A DNA stretch of 62,854 nt, filler included, from Choristocarpus tenellus KU-1152 (GCA_964200185.2; 10 parts of 10 records of this genome joined end to end with filler, not necessarily neighbours in it); one strand, 5' to 3'. Shown: positions 1 to 14,129, counted from the first letter of the whole stretch. The notes: generated by a model not told the origin, from the letters alone. Made by a program: numbers and translations.

Positions 1-226
1 CCTGTTTGTCCATTTGAGGCTTGGCTTCCCATGGGTTTTTTTTATGACATCTTCCTACTCCAAAATGTTTAAGAGTAGGTAAAATGTATACCTTATGAAA
101 AGGTGTGACACAACACGGATATTGACACTTCCTAACAAACACTATGACCAAAATTACATCAAAATTGCAACATTGAATTTTGACCCCCAAATGGACGTGG
201 CTGTACCCTCTAAGATACTTTGGGTC
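1..226 (+). mobile_element. ~255-bp MITE copy, 5'-truncated by the window edge
   Basis: Aligns by eye to the other copies and ends in the TIR taccctctaagatactttgggtc. Confidence 0.85.
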
Positions 227-1289
227 GTATGAGGAGGGTCGTCATATCGTCGACTACTTATATGTCTGGAGGAAGCTCTACGATAACACTACATACGGCC
301 TCACGATTGGCAACTGAGAGGAGGATATTGGAGGCAAGACATCAGTACTCCAGATCAGGGATGAATCAATGCTGGCCCTTCAGATAGGTACTTCTGGAGC
401 AAGTATAGGTCGTATCTTGAGGAGTAAATTGCCTGCAAAGAGACCACAAGGGACAATTCGGGTGAAAAGGTTCCCCTCACCACCAACCAGGGAGCCAAGC
501 CATCAAGTGCGGAACAGAGGCAAGATCGACCCTGAAGGGTACAAATTTTTCTTGTCATTTCCAGTCTTCTGATCGGTCTAGTGCTGCACTGGCAATGGCA
601 GTAACGACCAATAACCCGAAGGGACCTGACAGCAAGGTTACGGTTCTGTGTGATAGTGGGGGCAACAGACTCATGGCCACCTGCCTGGATGACCTTGCCA
701 TCGAACAATCTGTCAAGCGCTCCTGTACGGTTTGGGAACCAGGAGAAAATAAATTACTTCATAACTGAAGGAGACATGATGTAACACAGGTGAGGTACCA
801 AGATAATACTATAATGCCAGCTTGATGTGCTGCACGTCCCTGGACTCCCCTTCAGACTTCAGCACTGGTGTATTGAGAAGGGTCGGTGGAGAATTCGTTG
901 AGTTAGATATGGAAGGTGGGAGGTATGTCATATTCGTTAGAGACCTCCGGAAAGTGCCATTGAGAGAAGTAGCCAGTCCTGGCAGTAGTAGGATCTGCAA
1001 AAGTTGGGTCTATCACGTATGAGGCACTAGCCAACAAGTACTGGAAACTAAATTTGAAGCAAAAGGAAATGAACGGTATTCTCTTCCGAGTTAACCCGTC
1101 AGCAGCCGACCACCTTGAAAATAGAGGACTACGTGAAATCAGTGATGCTACAGAGGGTTCAGAGATGTGCTGTACAGTGTGTAAGGAGTGTAAAATCGAG
1201 GTTTTGAGCTATGCTCAAAAAGTAGGTCACGCAATATCCTAGGGTAGGCGAATCATTAGGACATGGACCATGTCGCCCCTACGCCGAGG

Positions 1290-2560
1290 TCTTCAAGTAC
1301 TCCCAAGTGTTTGTAGACAAGGCAAGTCATGACAAGCGCATGGTAGACCTAAAATTCCGCGACGCAGCAACTGGTGCAACTGCCTCCTACCATCGATGAC
1401 CTGTTGAGAGAAAGGATTCCTGTTCAGCATCAGTATGCTCACAGGAAGAGCACCTGTGTGTACATACTGGTGAGGCACCTCACAAAAGGCCAGTGGATTC
1501 AAAAGATAATTCAGGGCACGATCCCCTTCCCTGCGTCAATGGATGCTATGTACCTATTCCACTGCCAAACATTATTTGACCCTTCCAATTTCCTCCAAAT
1601 TTTTGCGAAGTACACCCCACCACCTGCAAGTTCACAAGTGATATTTTGATCAGCTTGTCTTTTTGACCCACATCCAGCGTTCACCACAGCAACAAACAAC
1701 GCATCAATAGAGACCCTACTTAGTCGCAGGGGTGCCTCCATGCTCAGCAGGGTTTGCCACTCGATTGCTATTTCACAACCCTCAGTAATTGCAACCTTTT
1801 AACCTAGAGTCCCGACTTTTAAAAGACGTCCACATTCATGGCATGTGGTCCTTGTGTACAATCAGTGTCCTGCAATGGAAGGAGATCAAATGATTCCTGT
1901 TTTGGGGGCATCCGAGCTCTGGTCACCTAGCTAAAACGACCTCCCAAACATTTCCACACAGTAGTGACTGGTGGTTTGCAACCTGTTCTTGAACAGCATT
2001 TGGTAGTAGGCTTCAAATAGCACTTTGCCACGAACGCTTTGAATTTTTTTCAATTGTATATCCAACCTACCAAGTCCTCCTTCCACAAAGCTGCGTATGC
2101 TGATATCTTTACACACACACTCAGGGAATGACTGCACCACCTTTAAATACGTCGTCCAGGAAGATAAGGTTATCATAGACATACACCTTTTCCTCCATAT
2201 AGCGTAATCTCAACGACCAGAACAACTTGGTATGACTTGTTTCCCTCTTAAGAATGGACTCATATTTACTGAAGTACTGGGGATCCAGTCAATTTCCCTA
2301 CAAAGAGTTCATGAAGACTCACACACAATCCTTGGACCAATCAGACACAATCTCATATAGGAAAGTAGAAAAAATAATGGTTTTGGGACTTTCTCCAAGA
2401 ACATATTTCCCACAATTCAAATTCTTGTTGAATCGGACAGATTGAGGATTTTGCTACACACACCGATTAAACCTGGTTCTTTTCTGTCTGGTTTATGAGG
2501 TACGAGATTTTGGGAACCAGCACATTGATTTCCTGAAAAGTTCGCAGTAAATTCAGCAAT
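1290..2560 (-). pseudogene. possible heavily degraded Mutator/FAR1-like transposase fragments (SWIM-like motif)
   Basis: Frameshifted GSCTSCC.../LGLPCACH at ~1320-1385 resembles a SWIM finger. AGCGSKRQADQN and PECVCKD weakly resemble MULE motifs. Many stops. Confidence 0.25.
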
Positions 2561-3047
2561 ATATGGGATTTGTGCAATGTCATGGGACATGTAATTTGAC
2601 GAGATGTCAAGTATGGATTCCTCTTTGGTGGGATGCGAACACAGACCTCATGGGGTTTTGCATGTCCAACACTTTGCAGGCACGAATGGTCAGGGTGAAC
2701 CTCAGTTACTTGAAGGTACTACTTTGACCCAGGAGGAAGGAAATGGTCCTGAGGACGCCAAGCATACAGAACCCAAATCCACACTGATTGAAGTGGGCAC
2801 TGGGCTGGCATCTGCTCTAAAAAGTAGAATATATTCCGCAACTGAAGGTATTATAGGTGCGGCGGCGGGGGGGCAAGGACACCCCAAGTGGCAAGGCTCG
2901 AAGAATCGTAATATTCTAATTCTATGTTGTTCTATGTCTCCTAGGTTGAATGAAATGCTTGACCTGAAGCAGAGGAGGGACGAGAACTGGTCGTCATCCG
3001 TCCAATCATTTCCATCCATCGTTTTGTTTATTAATGGCTGCGATCAG

Positions 3048-5187
3048 AAGGATATTCCAATTGGTTCGGCAGAGACACCATTCGAGAGGGCCGAAGTTTC
3101 CCTCCTGCTGGGTCAGATGAGGAAACATGGAATGCTGTGATATCGACCCTCCAGGCAGACTTGGGAAAGGACAACTACGTTTTAGCTCGTGCGAACAACA
3201 GGAAGGTTAGACAAGGTCGACCGTGCATATCGTTTATACTCTACCTAATTCCGATCCTGGCATTCACCCTATGACTGTCATTTGTCACCCCTGAATATAG
3301 TTTTCTGGTACGCTTACATCGAATAACCTCTGTTTAACCTCTTTTGTAGCTTTATACGGCGGAACAGGCGGCGGTGAACGGGAAGAGGAACCGTTGGTAC
3401 TCAGTGGCCTTGAGTTGTGAGTGCAGCGGCAAAGCTAAGTCGACGAAAAAAACAGCTGATCCTGAGAAACAGCGACTCCGTTTTTCCAAGAAGGTGATTC
3501 ATTTCATGCACAACTTGGTAAAATATATTTTTTCGGTAGTACGAATGACCCAGTATGTAAGGGTTAGCCATGCCAGAGTAGTGGTGAAGCTTTCCATCCC
3601 TTGCAACCTATTTTGAGCTACTTCAAATTCTAGTGCTTCCTATTCCCAAACTGGTTGCCTTACCTAGACTTTGTGCGAGTTCAAGATCGCTTGTACATGG
3701 CCACAGCAAGACCATGGCCCAAAGATCACCCAGGCAAGTATGTTTGTTTAGGAAATGTCCTGGCATAGAAGCTTCAACTGTTGTTTCTCACTCATCTCAA
3801 ATGTGAGAATTCTATATTGTAATGAATGCTATTGAGCATATAGATCGTACACACCCATGCTGGCTTTGCCTTTTGCTGTTGGGCTTGTTCGTTCTTTTTT
3901 CAATGTGATTGATCTGGCCGTCATCCATCATGCAATAATGCACTGTAACCTACCACCCGACAGGTTCATCTTGAGCACAACCATCCCCCCCCAGTGCATC
4001 GCTCTGATGGTATGGTTTCTTTGAAGGACTTGGAGAGGCGAGCACCGGAAATTAAGAAGTGGGTGGTAGCTGGCCTACCTGTCAATGACATGTATCGTTT
4101 GCTTCAGGGCGATAGCAACTTGAAGCTTGGGAAAGATGGCAAACAAAAGGTGGGGGTACAGTGTAGTTGTGGGTGACTTTCTATGATTGAAGGCTACGGC
4201 ATGATTTTCCAATTGGTTCAATTTTTGAAGTCCATTACAATGGAGAAAGGTTGTGGTGGATTTGTTGAGGAATGCTTTACAGCTTGTTATGCTCTACCTG
4301 AGAAATGGAGATACATGTGCTGGGCGAACAAAATATCTCATTGAGGCCGTGGAACCAGTGCAGTTTTGTTGTATTTTAGGCATTGTCTCTTATGCTCATG
4401 CTTACTTCATTGCGCTTGTAACGTTATGGAGTTTGAAGCTCTCATTGTTAATGTCTGAAGCTATTTCCACTTCAGGTTCGGAACATGGTAAGAGCTGAGA
4501 AGTATGTCCAGCATTCTATGCCTGATAATGAAATGAGATTCATCCGGAACCTGCAAAAGGAGGGCATGTACCTGGATTGCTTGCTCAATGAGGAGAACCA
4601 TCTTCAAGCGATGGAAGAGGAGAAGATGTTGTCTAGTGAGCCTACACTGGGTGTGGATGATATGTCACGAAGGACTACAGAGACTGCGACAAAGAGTCTA
4701 CCGAAGGAGGTTGTGGACCGGCAGAACATCATTTATGCTGACTGGTGTGCCTTTGGCAAGGATTTGGCATCTCGCATGAGCCAACATTGTACCAGTATTG
4801 ATCTTTCCAACAGCATCATGGATGATATACGAGAGATGGTGACAAGCTGCCTGCTCAGTGCCACTCCATCAGGAAACCACCTGACTAAATCTAATGAGTC
4901 CATCAGGGCTCGTCGTGGCAGGGCAGGAAAGAAGGGGCCAGCATTGGACCTAGGGGGCACACGACATGGTGATCCTTCCGTTCATGCAGGACCCGTGGGT
5001 CAACCCTTAAGCAGTACCCCTGTTTCCCAGGGCCAGGGATCAGGTGGAGGGAGTTTTGGAAATGTTCCAGATACCAGAGAAAATTTTCGTGCGAATTCAG
5101 GACCACAGGTTCATCGAGCAGACGATAGCAATTTCTGTACCCAGAACGCCTTCGATGCTTCCCTGAGGTGGGGAGTAGGGGGGGGCT
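3048..5187 (+). CDS. FAR1/MULE-type (WRKY-GCM1-like) zinc-ribbon protein, spliced, 3' end cut by contig end
   Basis: Phase-0 exons ~3048-3205, 3350-3493, 3668-3733 (GC donor), 3964-4149 and 4476-5187 join to give ...LSCECSGKAK...FSKKTLCEFKIACTW...ITQVHLEHNHPP..., the FAR1 DNA-binding signature. The 5' start is uncertain. Confidence 0.6.
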
Positions 5188-5287
5188 NNNNNNNNNNNNN
5201 NNNNNNNNNNNNNNNNNNNNNNNNNNNNNNNTTAATTAATTAANNNNNNNNNNNNNNNNNNNNNNNNNNNNNNNNNNNNNNNNNNNN
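5188..5287. other. artificial contig linker
   Basis: 44 N + TTAATTAATTAA + 44 N. Confidence 0.98.
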
Positions 5288-5722
5288 CCCCCCCCTCAAA
5301 TACTTTGACCCTGGATGACAACTAAAAATTGTTGGAAAAAGACCGATTTGTCCAAAAAAGGATGGAAGACAGGTTGAACAGAGAGCTTAGTTCAGGACAG
5401 GGCAAAAAAAATACAGCTACCCACTTTTCCTACTCATAGAGGATTTAACCGGACACCTTACACTCTTTCAACAGTAGTAATACAAACAAACGTACAGGCG
5501 GTCTTCCCGTCCCACACAATATTCATAAAACTCTCATATCAAATGTCACAATAACCATATGATGGGCAATCTAGGATCAGCAATCAACCTTGGCTTGCGG
5601 CCACTGTCTTCCGGGACAGTCTGCTGGTGATTGTTCGAGTATCAACAACTCTCATCAGAATGCAACAGCATTGGATGGATGCAACAAAGAAAATTGACTA
5701 TCAGATGTTTTGGAGTTCATAC

Positions 5723-5978
5723 GAGTGAACGTATCTTACAGGGTACGAATTTTTCCCTGTTTGTCCATTTGGGGCTTGACTTCCCACGTTTTTTTTTACA
5801 TTTTCCTACTCCGAAATGTTTCAAAGTAGGTGAAATGTATAAGTTATGAAAAGGTGTGTTCGGAACAAGGATATTGACACTTCCTAACAAACACAATAGC
5901 CAAAATTATATCAAAATCGCAACATTGGCTTTTGACCCCCAAACAGACGCGGCTCTACCCTCTAAGATACTTTGACTC
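5723..5978 (+). mobile_element. MITE copy
   Basis: TIRs gagtgaacgtatcttacagggta / taccctctaagatactttgactc, with the conserved interior. Confidence 0.9.
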
Positions 5979-7423
5979 AAATGTAGTACTGCATCATATA
6001 GCCAGCACACAAGAAATTGTGGGATGTCTACTTCTTACTTCTCAAATCAAGCCCATTTCCATGGACTCATCTGTGTTTCCTAACACTTGAGTAGTGCCAA
6101 CAGTATTGAACCTTCACAGGCAAAAAAAGTACAAAAACTACACAAGCATCTCAAGAACTGTAAACATAGTGTTCTTCGCATTTCAACAAAAACAGCCATT
6201 GTCAGGTCAAATATCACAAAACGCGAAAATCGGTTTTGTGGTGAGGTGTCCTTCGATTTCTCTCACAGCTTTGTCAGGTGGTAACAATTGTCACCCTCGG
6301 AGTTCAAGGAACATCCATGTATATATCACTGCTTCTGTGGGCAGGAGGATGACTAAAATTAATAGTGCCAAGGTGTGGGACCCGGGGGACACATGCCTCC
6401 CATTGTGGATTCTTAAAAATAAAATGCTGTTTTTTTGCTCTAGTACTAGTAGAGGAGAAGGGATAATACACGTTTTCCTGGGAATTTTTTTCATCTCGAT
6501 GAAATTTAGACATAGTAATTGACATTATGAATACCTCTGAGGCTCAGAAAAAGGCTAAATATAGTACTGAATGTGAAATGCAATCTATTAAAACCACTGG
6601 AGGTAAGTTGAACCTATGACATCTAAATCTCTTCTTCTCTGTGAGTTACTATGGAGGGTAGGCAGAACTTCCTCCAGGGTAACTATAGTAGGTCTTCGTG
6701 TTGAGTGTGAGAGAGATTATCCATTTGATGGTTGCAAGCCTCATCAAAAATAGTTCATAGTACACACTTATCATAATGAGGTAATACCCACGGAGTAGTC
6801 ATTTTGACCAAGTTATGCATTGAGGTCAGCATAGAAAATATCACTACAGGCCATGGCCAAAAGGTGTAAGGCATGATCAGCTAAGGCATATCCCCATGCC
6901 TCTGAGGAGTAACAGAAATTGTCTATCACCTCTGCTGCCAACATTATAAAGCGGATGATGAGGTTCCCAGAAGAATTACAATCATTTTGGGGGTTGGAGT
7001 TGACTCCTCCCTTTTGGAGGAAGGCTTAGCTGGGTAGGACTGATGTTCGAATCACAAAGAGATAGCTGACGCACTTGACGTGACTTGAATGGGCTTTGCA
7101 GTCCTCACTTGCTCTTGAGGACATGTGATAGACCAAATTCCTGGTGACATCATGTTCCAGCTATAAATAGTCCTGGGTATGACTGAGACTCGAGCCCTCT
7201 TGCCTGATGGAAATGTGAAGGGAGAGGTCTAATACCTTGCCAATACACCAAAACAAACCAAGAGCATGGTGCACAGAAAGCAAAGATATAGCCATAGCAG
7301 CACCACATATATCCTCTACACCACAAACAAGGCAGGAGAATATGGAAAAAAAGGGTAGGAAGGGGAAGTAGGTACTCCTGGAGCATCATATATCAAAGTG
7401 CAGGTTATTATCATTCAACTCAC

Positions 7424-10400
7424 CTCTTTCTCAATTTGCACAGGTACTGGAGAAACACTTCGGGCACCTCAGAGGCAGCGGGGGGGGGCACAAATGCGAC
7501 TCCCCTTCTCTTGGCCTGCAAGCGAGACAAAAGGGATAGCGGCTGGTATTTATACAGCTGGAGTCTCGTCCTGGGGTATTGATCACATCCAGGAGAAATT
7601 GATGAATGGAGAGGAGCAATGGGTGGGGTTATATGTGAGGTTAGGTATCAATCAGGCATGGAAAGAAAGAGGGGTCAGGTGTAAGACTGGAAGGGGGTCA
7701 AGAAAGGATCAGGGGTAGTAAGAGGCTTTGGAGGAGAGATTTAACCATCTACAGTTCCAGGCTGAGTCGGTTATGAGATTTGCTTCCACAAGTTGATAGT
7801 ACCAAAGAAGGTGTGACTCTAAAGTACTCAGCAAATGACAGTGGACAGGGGGAGTGATTAAGAGTCATGCCCAGAGTGGTGAGTGCAGTGAACGCCAAGG
7901 AAGATGCAGGGGATGTGGTCGCTGAGCATAGCAGGAAGTTCCTAGTCCCCATCCTGGAGGAACTGCCAACAGCATGATATTCGAGTTCTGGTGGCATGGC
8001 AATGTAAAGATGTTGTGGCAAGGAAATAGCAATAGTGTACACCTTACCCTTTCCACGTTTGCACACCTGCCCGGTGAATGCAACCCTGTCGGGCGAATGC
8101 CCACATTAAATCTCCCCTCTGTCCCAATTGGGTCTAGAAAGCCCCATGCAATGTTGTGTAGGCCTCCACCCTGTGCAAAGATAAGAAATGGGCAGGTGAG
8201 AGGGTGGAAGGCTCATTGAGGGCAGTATTGCCTACTCTACCTACCAATAGTACAGAGCACCACAGGTTCTTAGATGAAAGAGTCATTGAGACAAAGTTGA
8301 AAGGATGCAAAGTCAATGTATCACCTTACGGCCCTCATTTAGACTCATTGTGGCACTGGAGTCCACCAGCTCGAACAGGACAAGCACTTCTGGTGAGAGT
8401 AAGCTGCGGTAGCTTTCCAAGAAGAACAATGTCTCAGCCCACTTTGGTGCAGATCCACGAACTGTCATAGGCCACGGCTGAGTGGCAATAGACGGAATTG
8501 TTTCACAGGGAACCCCTGTCCGAGGTTTATTTTGATTATTTTCCTGAGAGGAGAAACATGCAGGAGAAGGAGAGAAGGAGACAGGTTCAGAGGGATAGAA
8601 TATATTGATATATTTACTTGATACACATGCATTGGCATCATACATTTCATCCATACTGCACACTACAACGTATCAAAAAACAAAAATAGCGGCATAGACT
8701 GGGTGGTATACTTTGCCTCTCTCATGATGTAAGTGTTATCTTCTTTCCACCTGTGAAGCATCGGTATCACACTTTCCAATACTTGAACATATCAGATTGT
8801 GCTGAGGTGGAAGGGGGGGAACAGATATAAGGAGAGGGGCAAAAGATCTCTTCCTGTTCCACCATCAAGAGTAAAAGCCTGGTCATTGCAAGGACTCACA
8901 GCATGTAGGGTATCCTGAAAGTCAACTGGACTTCTGAGGACCCAACTCACACACCTTCCTTTCCCACAAAGTCCGACTTTCAAGAGTTGTTGTAGCGCCC
9001 TCCAGGATGGGGGAGTCCTTGGGGGATGAGACCTGGACATCGTTCTGCCAAAAGGAAAAAAATCACATTAAGGAAGGAAGGGCTATTGGTAGGTCAGGTT
9101 GAAGATAAATCATAGTCCTTGATGAAGTGGTAGGTGCCCACTATAATTTAGAGGGTCAGCAGAGCAGTAAGAGAGGTTTGAGGTGGAGGGGGGAGGAAAA
9201 AGATATGTTATTGTTTGGACATGACAGCAAGAAAGAAGAATCAATCTGAACAGAAGCTTCTGCATACAACCTTACTCTAGCTGTCCTGCCTGACCCTTCA
9301 ATCTCCTCTGCAAATCCAGTCACACTCTATTTTATCAAATGGATGGAGCGATCCAAGGGGGTGTTGTGGAGATTTTGGGGGCCTAGTATCTCCCTTTTGG
9401 TACATGTGCTTCTATCACTACAAAGGGCGATTTCAAACTTATGTGGACAAATATTTCAAATTCCATCCTCGTCTACAGCCACAGCTTTATATGGCAGTGT
9501 GCCCTGGGGGTGTTAGGCTGGAGGTTAACAAAAAGAAATACTTGAAGGGTCCATATAGATCCACCCCCCTCTATGATAGGATGGCTCATGTACATTGCAA
9601 CGTAAGCAGGGTCTGCCTTATCCCAGCAGAGTAATCAGAGAAACAATTTTCCTCTGCCATTCATATTGAGATATTCCTTGCCCTGCTTCAACTGCTACTT
9701 CATAGCATGTTGAATGAAACTGTTTCAGCTCAACCTCTTACCTCCTCTCAGGAAACAATCTCAATAGGCTTTTCCACCCTACTCCTGGAACCTCCTCCTT
9801 CCTACCTTCCCTCACCTCCTTTGTCTTGCTGAGATATCGGCCTGTTGTCGCATTGACAATTTGTACACGTACCATTGGGTGCATTACCCTGGCGTCTTCT
9901 GGGAGATTGTCAACGCCCATTACCTCAATACTGGAAGAGTAACCAGCGGTGGGTATTTTGGGCTTGAGATAGAAATTATAATTATCATCAAAATTTGATA
10001 CACTCTGATTCTTGGTTTTTGAAGGGAAGACAAGCACATGTACATGGACAATGTACTCAGACCAGAAGTTAAATATAACATTCAAATGTGTTGTCCAATT
10101 AGCTCTACAGCGATGGGAAATAATAGTAAGTACTTGAAAAAAATGTGATTTGCAAAATACAAACAAAACCATGATGTATGAGTTAGAGAACTGATGATTC
10201 CAGAACCCAATACCTGAGCAGCAAAAATATGTTTTGTAATCTGCCACTCTGTTTAACTCCTGAGTTTACAAGGCTTGCTTAACTTGAATAGAATTTCACC
10301 AAGAATGGTGCAAGCAAAATTTGAGTTGGTAATGCTTGTTGTATGGACAATTTTACTTTTGATCCTCCAGGTTTCCAAGTAGGCTTGGGAAGAACTACGT

Positions 10401-12804
10401 ATAATCCTCACAATCGTCCATTTCCAAGGGGCTCTTTATGCTATTATCATGAATCAATTTAGCCTACCATCTTTGTACTTCATCAGATACAAAAATCACT
10501 TGCCACTACTTTATGATAACATATGTAAAACATCCACAGCACAACACTGACCAAGCAAACCCAGGATAGATCTTCTACCATGAAACAAGCAACACATCTT
10601 TTTCACCCACACCCATCATTTGGTCATTCCAATGGGAAAGTATTGTGAGGTAATTCACTGAGGATCAAACAAGACTCCCTCTTGCTGACCTGATAATGTC
10701 GTCTTCTAGTGCTGCTCTTGCGACATCTCCCTGTTTCACCTTTTTTGGGGCGAATTGGATATGATTTCGCTGACAGGTTGACTGGTGTGCAGAGTGGAGG
10801 TATTGACAAATGTTTCTAACAACAAGACGACTCAGACTGTTGGCTAAAGAGGTACAAAGCATCATGCTTGAATATTTGTCAGTGGCACATGACAAGTCAT
10901 AGAGTCCTCCCACTTGTACGGGGAAAGGCGAAGAAATATCGCTAGGATTCCATTTTACTCTTTGAACAACACAGGGCCTTCAACCAGGATACAATGGCCC
11001 AAAGTGATCATGTCACACAACATGGTGCCAAGGCTGAGGCAATACACAGGCTGCATCACAGCGCATAGCACTTGACACAAATCCTGTGCAAAACTACTAG
11101 CTATGGTACCAAGTGCAATGCCAAGTAAGTTATGGTACACAAGGCAGAACACTGCACAAAGCACAGTATGATCCGAATTGGGGTGTGAGGTTGGCATGGC
11201 ACCAAAATAGTTTGACATGATAAAGGTGCCCTCTAGATGGGATAATACATGTATTGGCTATCTCTACTTCACAACAATTTGTCCAGTGTAAGCACTATTC
11301 ACAAAATGATAGTTTAAGACCAACTGCAAACCTGACTACTACAACATGTGGTTCACCACATACTATTAGGTGGAAAGTCCAGTGCCAAACATGATCCATA
11401 CTGAAACATGTCATACAAAGTCACAGCAAAGTGAGGTCCACATAGCCTCACGTATCGAAAATTACAAAGCAAGATATAGTCCACACCACTGCATGTGTGG
11501 TGTTGAAGGTACAGAATGAAAATGGCCCTCAAATGGAGTGAAGGCAGGCTGCATGAACATATTTTTCAAGATTTTTCAATATATATGAGGGGCAAGTGCA
11601 GCTCTTTAAAAATGCCATAAAATCGCAATTGAACCTCAACACATTCTGGAGAAATAACTACTACCTGTCTGTAAGTGTTTATTTCTGTGTTTCGAATGAG
11701 TTAGCTATAACAGAAAGGAGATCCAAGTCCATGTAGACAAATGTAATTTGGACTGCATCTTATCCTTACAATGTACAAACAGACTTATCCTACAAAAAAA
11801 CTCCAATTGAAGTGCAATAAAACTGAAAGTCCCACCTTCCTCATGTCAGTTACCATGTTGGGGATCTGATTGAGTCCTGCAAATGGCCATATCCGTGCAC
11901 CTATCCCATTAAGGCATAGGTAACATGCTTCTTCCATTTTCTCTGTCAACGAAAAGTGCAACATTGCCTTACTGGTGCCCTGTCTCTCACCCTCCCTCTT
12001 TGATATCAATGCTGCAGGGTTTGGCCATTTCCAGGGCAGGCAGCAACTATCTTTAGGACCAGGGTTACCCATTCCCTCCCACCCAGAGAACCGTTTCTGT
12101 CTGGTTGATGCGGCATATTCTCCTGGCCCGGCAACACTGGGCTGGTCATCCACAGCAGAGTTGCCCTCTGATGTATCCTCCTCATCCGTGTCAGAGGAAG
12201 AGTGCGAGCAAGATTTTAAGCGTGAGTTGATCTCATTACTACGCAAATCTGCTCTCCTGCGTTGTGAAAAGCCAGATCGTACCATTCCTCGATTATGAAG
12301 ACCATCGGCTTTGGATCTGAAATGATGAAGATGGTTTCCCATTTTTTTAAGCCCAGACCTTGGGCGTCTCAATGCATCACCCCACCTACCACTTCCATTG
12401 GCTGCAGGTGGAAGATGTTCTTGATCACTCAATGTTCCATCGTCATCGGCAAGGGAACTTCTGGTGGGACTGCTCAATGCCTCGTTATTTCGTTTGCCAT
12501 GTCCTTCATGGGAATGCGAATTGCTATTTTCAGGTGTGTCTCTTGGTGGTTGCAGGTTTCGTCGCTTTGGGCGAAGGCTCTTCAGGTGCGACCTGGACAA
12601 GGAAGAGCCAATTATCTGTTGCCCACTTTGATCCAACCCTTCACTCTGGCCGGCATCTCCAACCCTACTCGGATTGACCTGACCTGACCCACGCTTCGCA
12701 GTCTCCACATCTTCACTTCTGTGTATCACCTCTGGGGGCTGCTCAATCTTCTCTATCAAGGGGCGGCCACTGCTGGGATTATCGTTTTCCACTCCATGCT
12801 TCAT
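7424..12804 (-). CDS. AHI1: jouberin/AHI1-like ciliary transition-zone protein (N-terminal part and C2-like domain), multi-exon, partial
   Basis: Exons 9816-9962 (EVMGVDNLPEDARVMHPMVRVQIVNATTGRYLSK), ~8951-9044, 8325-8543 (IPSIATQPW...PKWAETLFF...VLVLFELVD), 8048-8170 (NIAWGFL) and 7424-7570 (RLQLYKYQ) follow the AHI1 motif order HPxVxV..TG.Y, TQP..PxW, FE.D, IAWAFL, LQLY. The large low-complexity exon 11835-12804 is probably the N-terminus. Confidence 0.75.
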
Positions 12805-13506
12805 AGCTCTTCGATGTTTCGAATTCCTTGCCGACCCGGGAAGGCTCTAAACTCTGCTGGATATAGCTGCTCCTGGTACACAGATACCTTCCCTACTCGA
12901 TCTTTTCATATCGACAATACCATTTGGCCACACCACTCTCTGTTTCCAATCCTCTCCTTAGGGTACATTTCCGAAACTAGGATAATAAAAGTTATATCAG
13001 GGGCGACTTGTCATTATGGATCATCACGAGTAGAGGTTTCGGTGTTGTCGAGCTCTCACCTAATTCCTTTGTACTGTTGAGTGTGTGTTTAGGGAGGTTT
13101 CACAGGAGGGGACTTGTATTTTTAATTTTGATGCTGACACAATTCTTAAGAGTTAGATGTTCATTAAAAAAAAACAACGGTGTAAATGAGAAACTAATTA
13201 ATACATACAATATGTCTGAGATTTTGGAGATATGTTAGGGGAAAAGTCTCTTCAATATCATAATTTCAGTAAAACAGGTGTCGTAAATGTGAAAGATATG
13301 TATGGTCTATTTACTATTTGACTATTACCTATGCTCCACCACTCCCCTCCTATACCTCCAACCTAGCTTAGCCCTACACCACAGGGCAAGGAGTTAGGAA
13401 ATCCCAAGAATCTGACAGGCCCCTCCTTGCCTATCTCCCTGGTGTCTCCACCTTAAAACGCATGACACGTCTTGATAGAGTCACTTGTGTTGTGAGAGAC
13501 ACTATC

Positions 13507-13805
13507 TGTCGTAAACGGGATTTGACGGCTCCTTTCCTGCTGCAACCAAGTATGTATGAGGGTTGACCTCGAAGAAGTAAAGCAATCAGAACAATCTTAC
13601 CAACACGAAACCAGAGATTGGTGTATAGTTAGTGTGTAGTTATGTATAATAAGGAGGGAGGTTGTTGAGGAAGATTGAAGTTGAAGGAAGGGTCGGTACT
13701 GATATTTCTCCACCACTCACTGTACTGTTATTCTTTACTTCTGTTGTTGGTTCTGTTGTCACACTTGTGTTTTTCCTTACAACTACAAAATATCTTCTTA
13801 CGACG
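13507..13805. mobile_element. putative solo LTR
   Basis: ~300 bp bounded by inverted ends TGTCGTAA...TTACGAC(G). No clean TSD. Confidence 0.3.
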
Positions 13806-14129
13806 TACTACACCACTATAATAGTAGTATCCTTGCAAGAACAGCGGCCCAACATGAGTGCAACTACACCCTAAAATAAGGACGACGGCCCCTTCTGGAC
13901 GACCTGTGATGATGTCCAGGTTTCCTGTCACCTGCAAGCATCTCCCGCCAACATTGGTGTTGTTGCTGCAACTGAGGAATGGGAAAATGCAACCACCGGA
14001 AGTTATCTTGTTCCAACCCTCATAGTTACAGCTTCAACATGTTCCTGGTGGGAGAAACAATTTCTTGGTTTCTTTGGATGAGGCAAGGAATGACTCATTA
14101 TGGAATGCAACTACTACTAGTGTGAATCG

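Noticed and set aside
5232-5243. Recurrent TTAATTAATTAA motif (nine times)
   Set aside because: It is always centred in exactly 88 Ns, so it is an artificial all-frame-stop linker and not biology.
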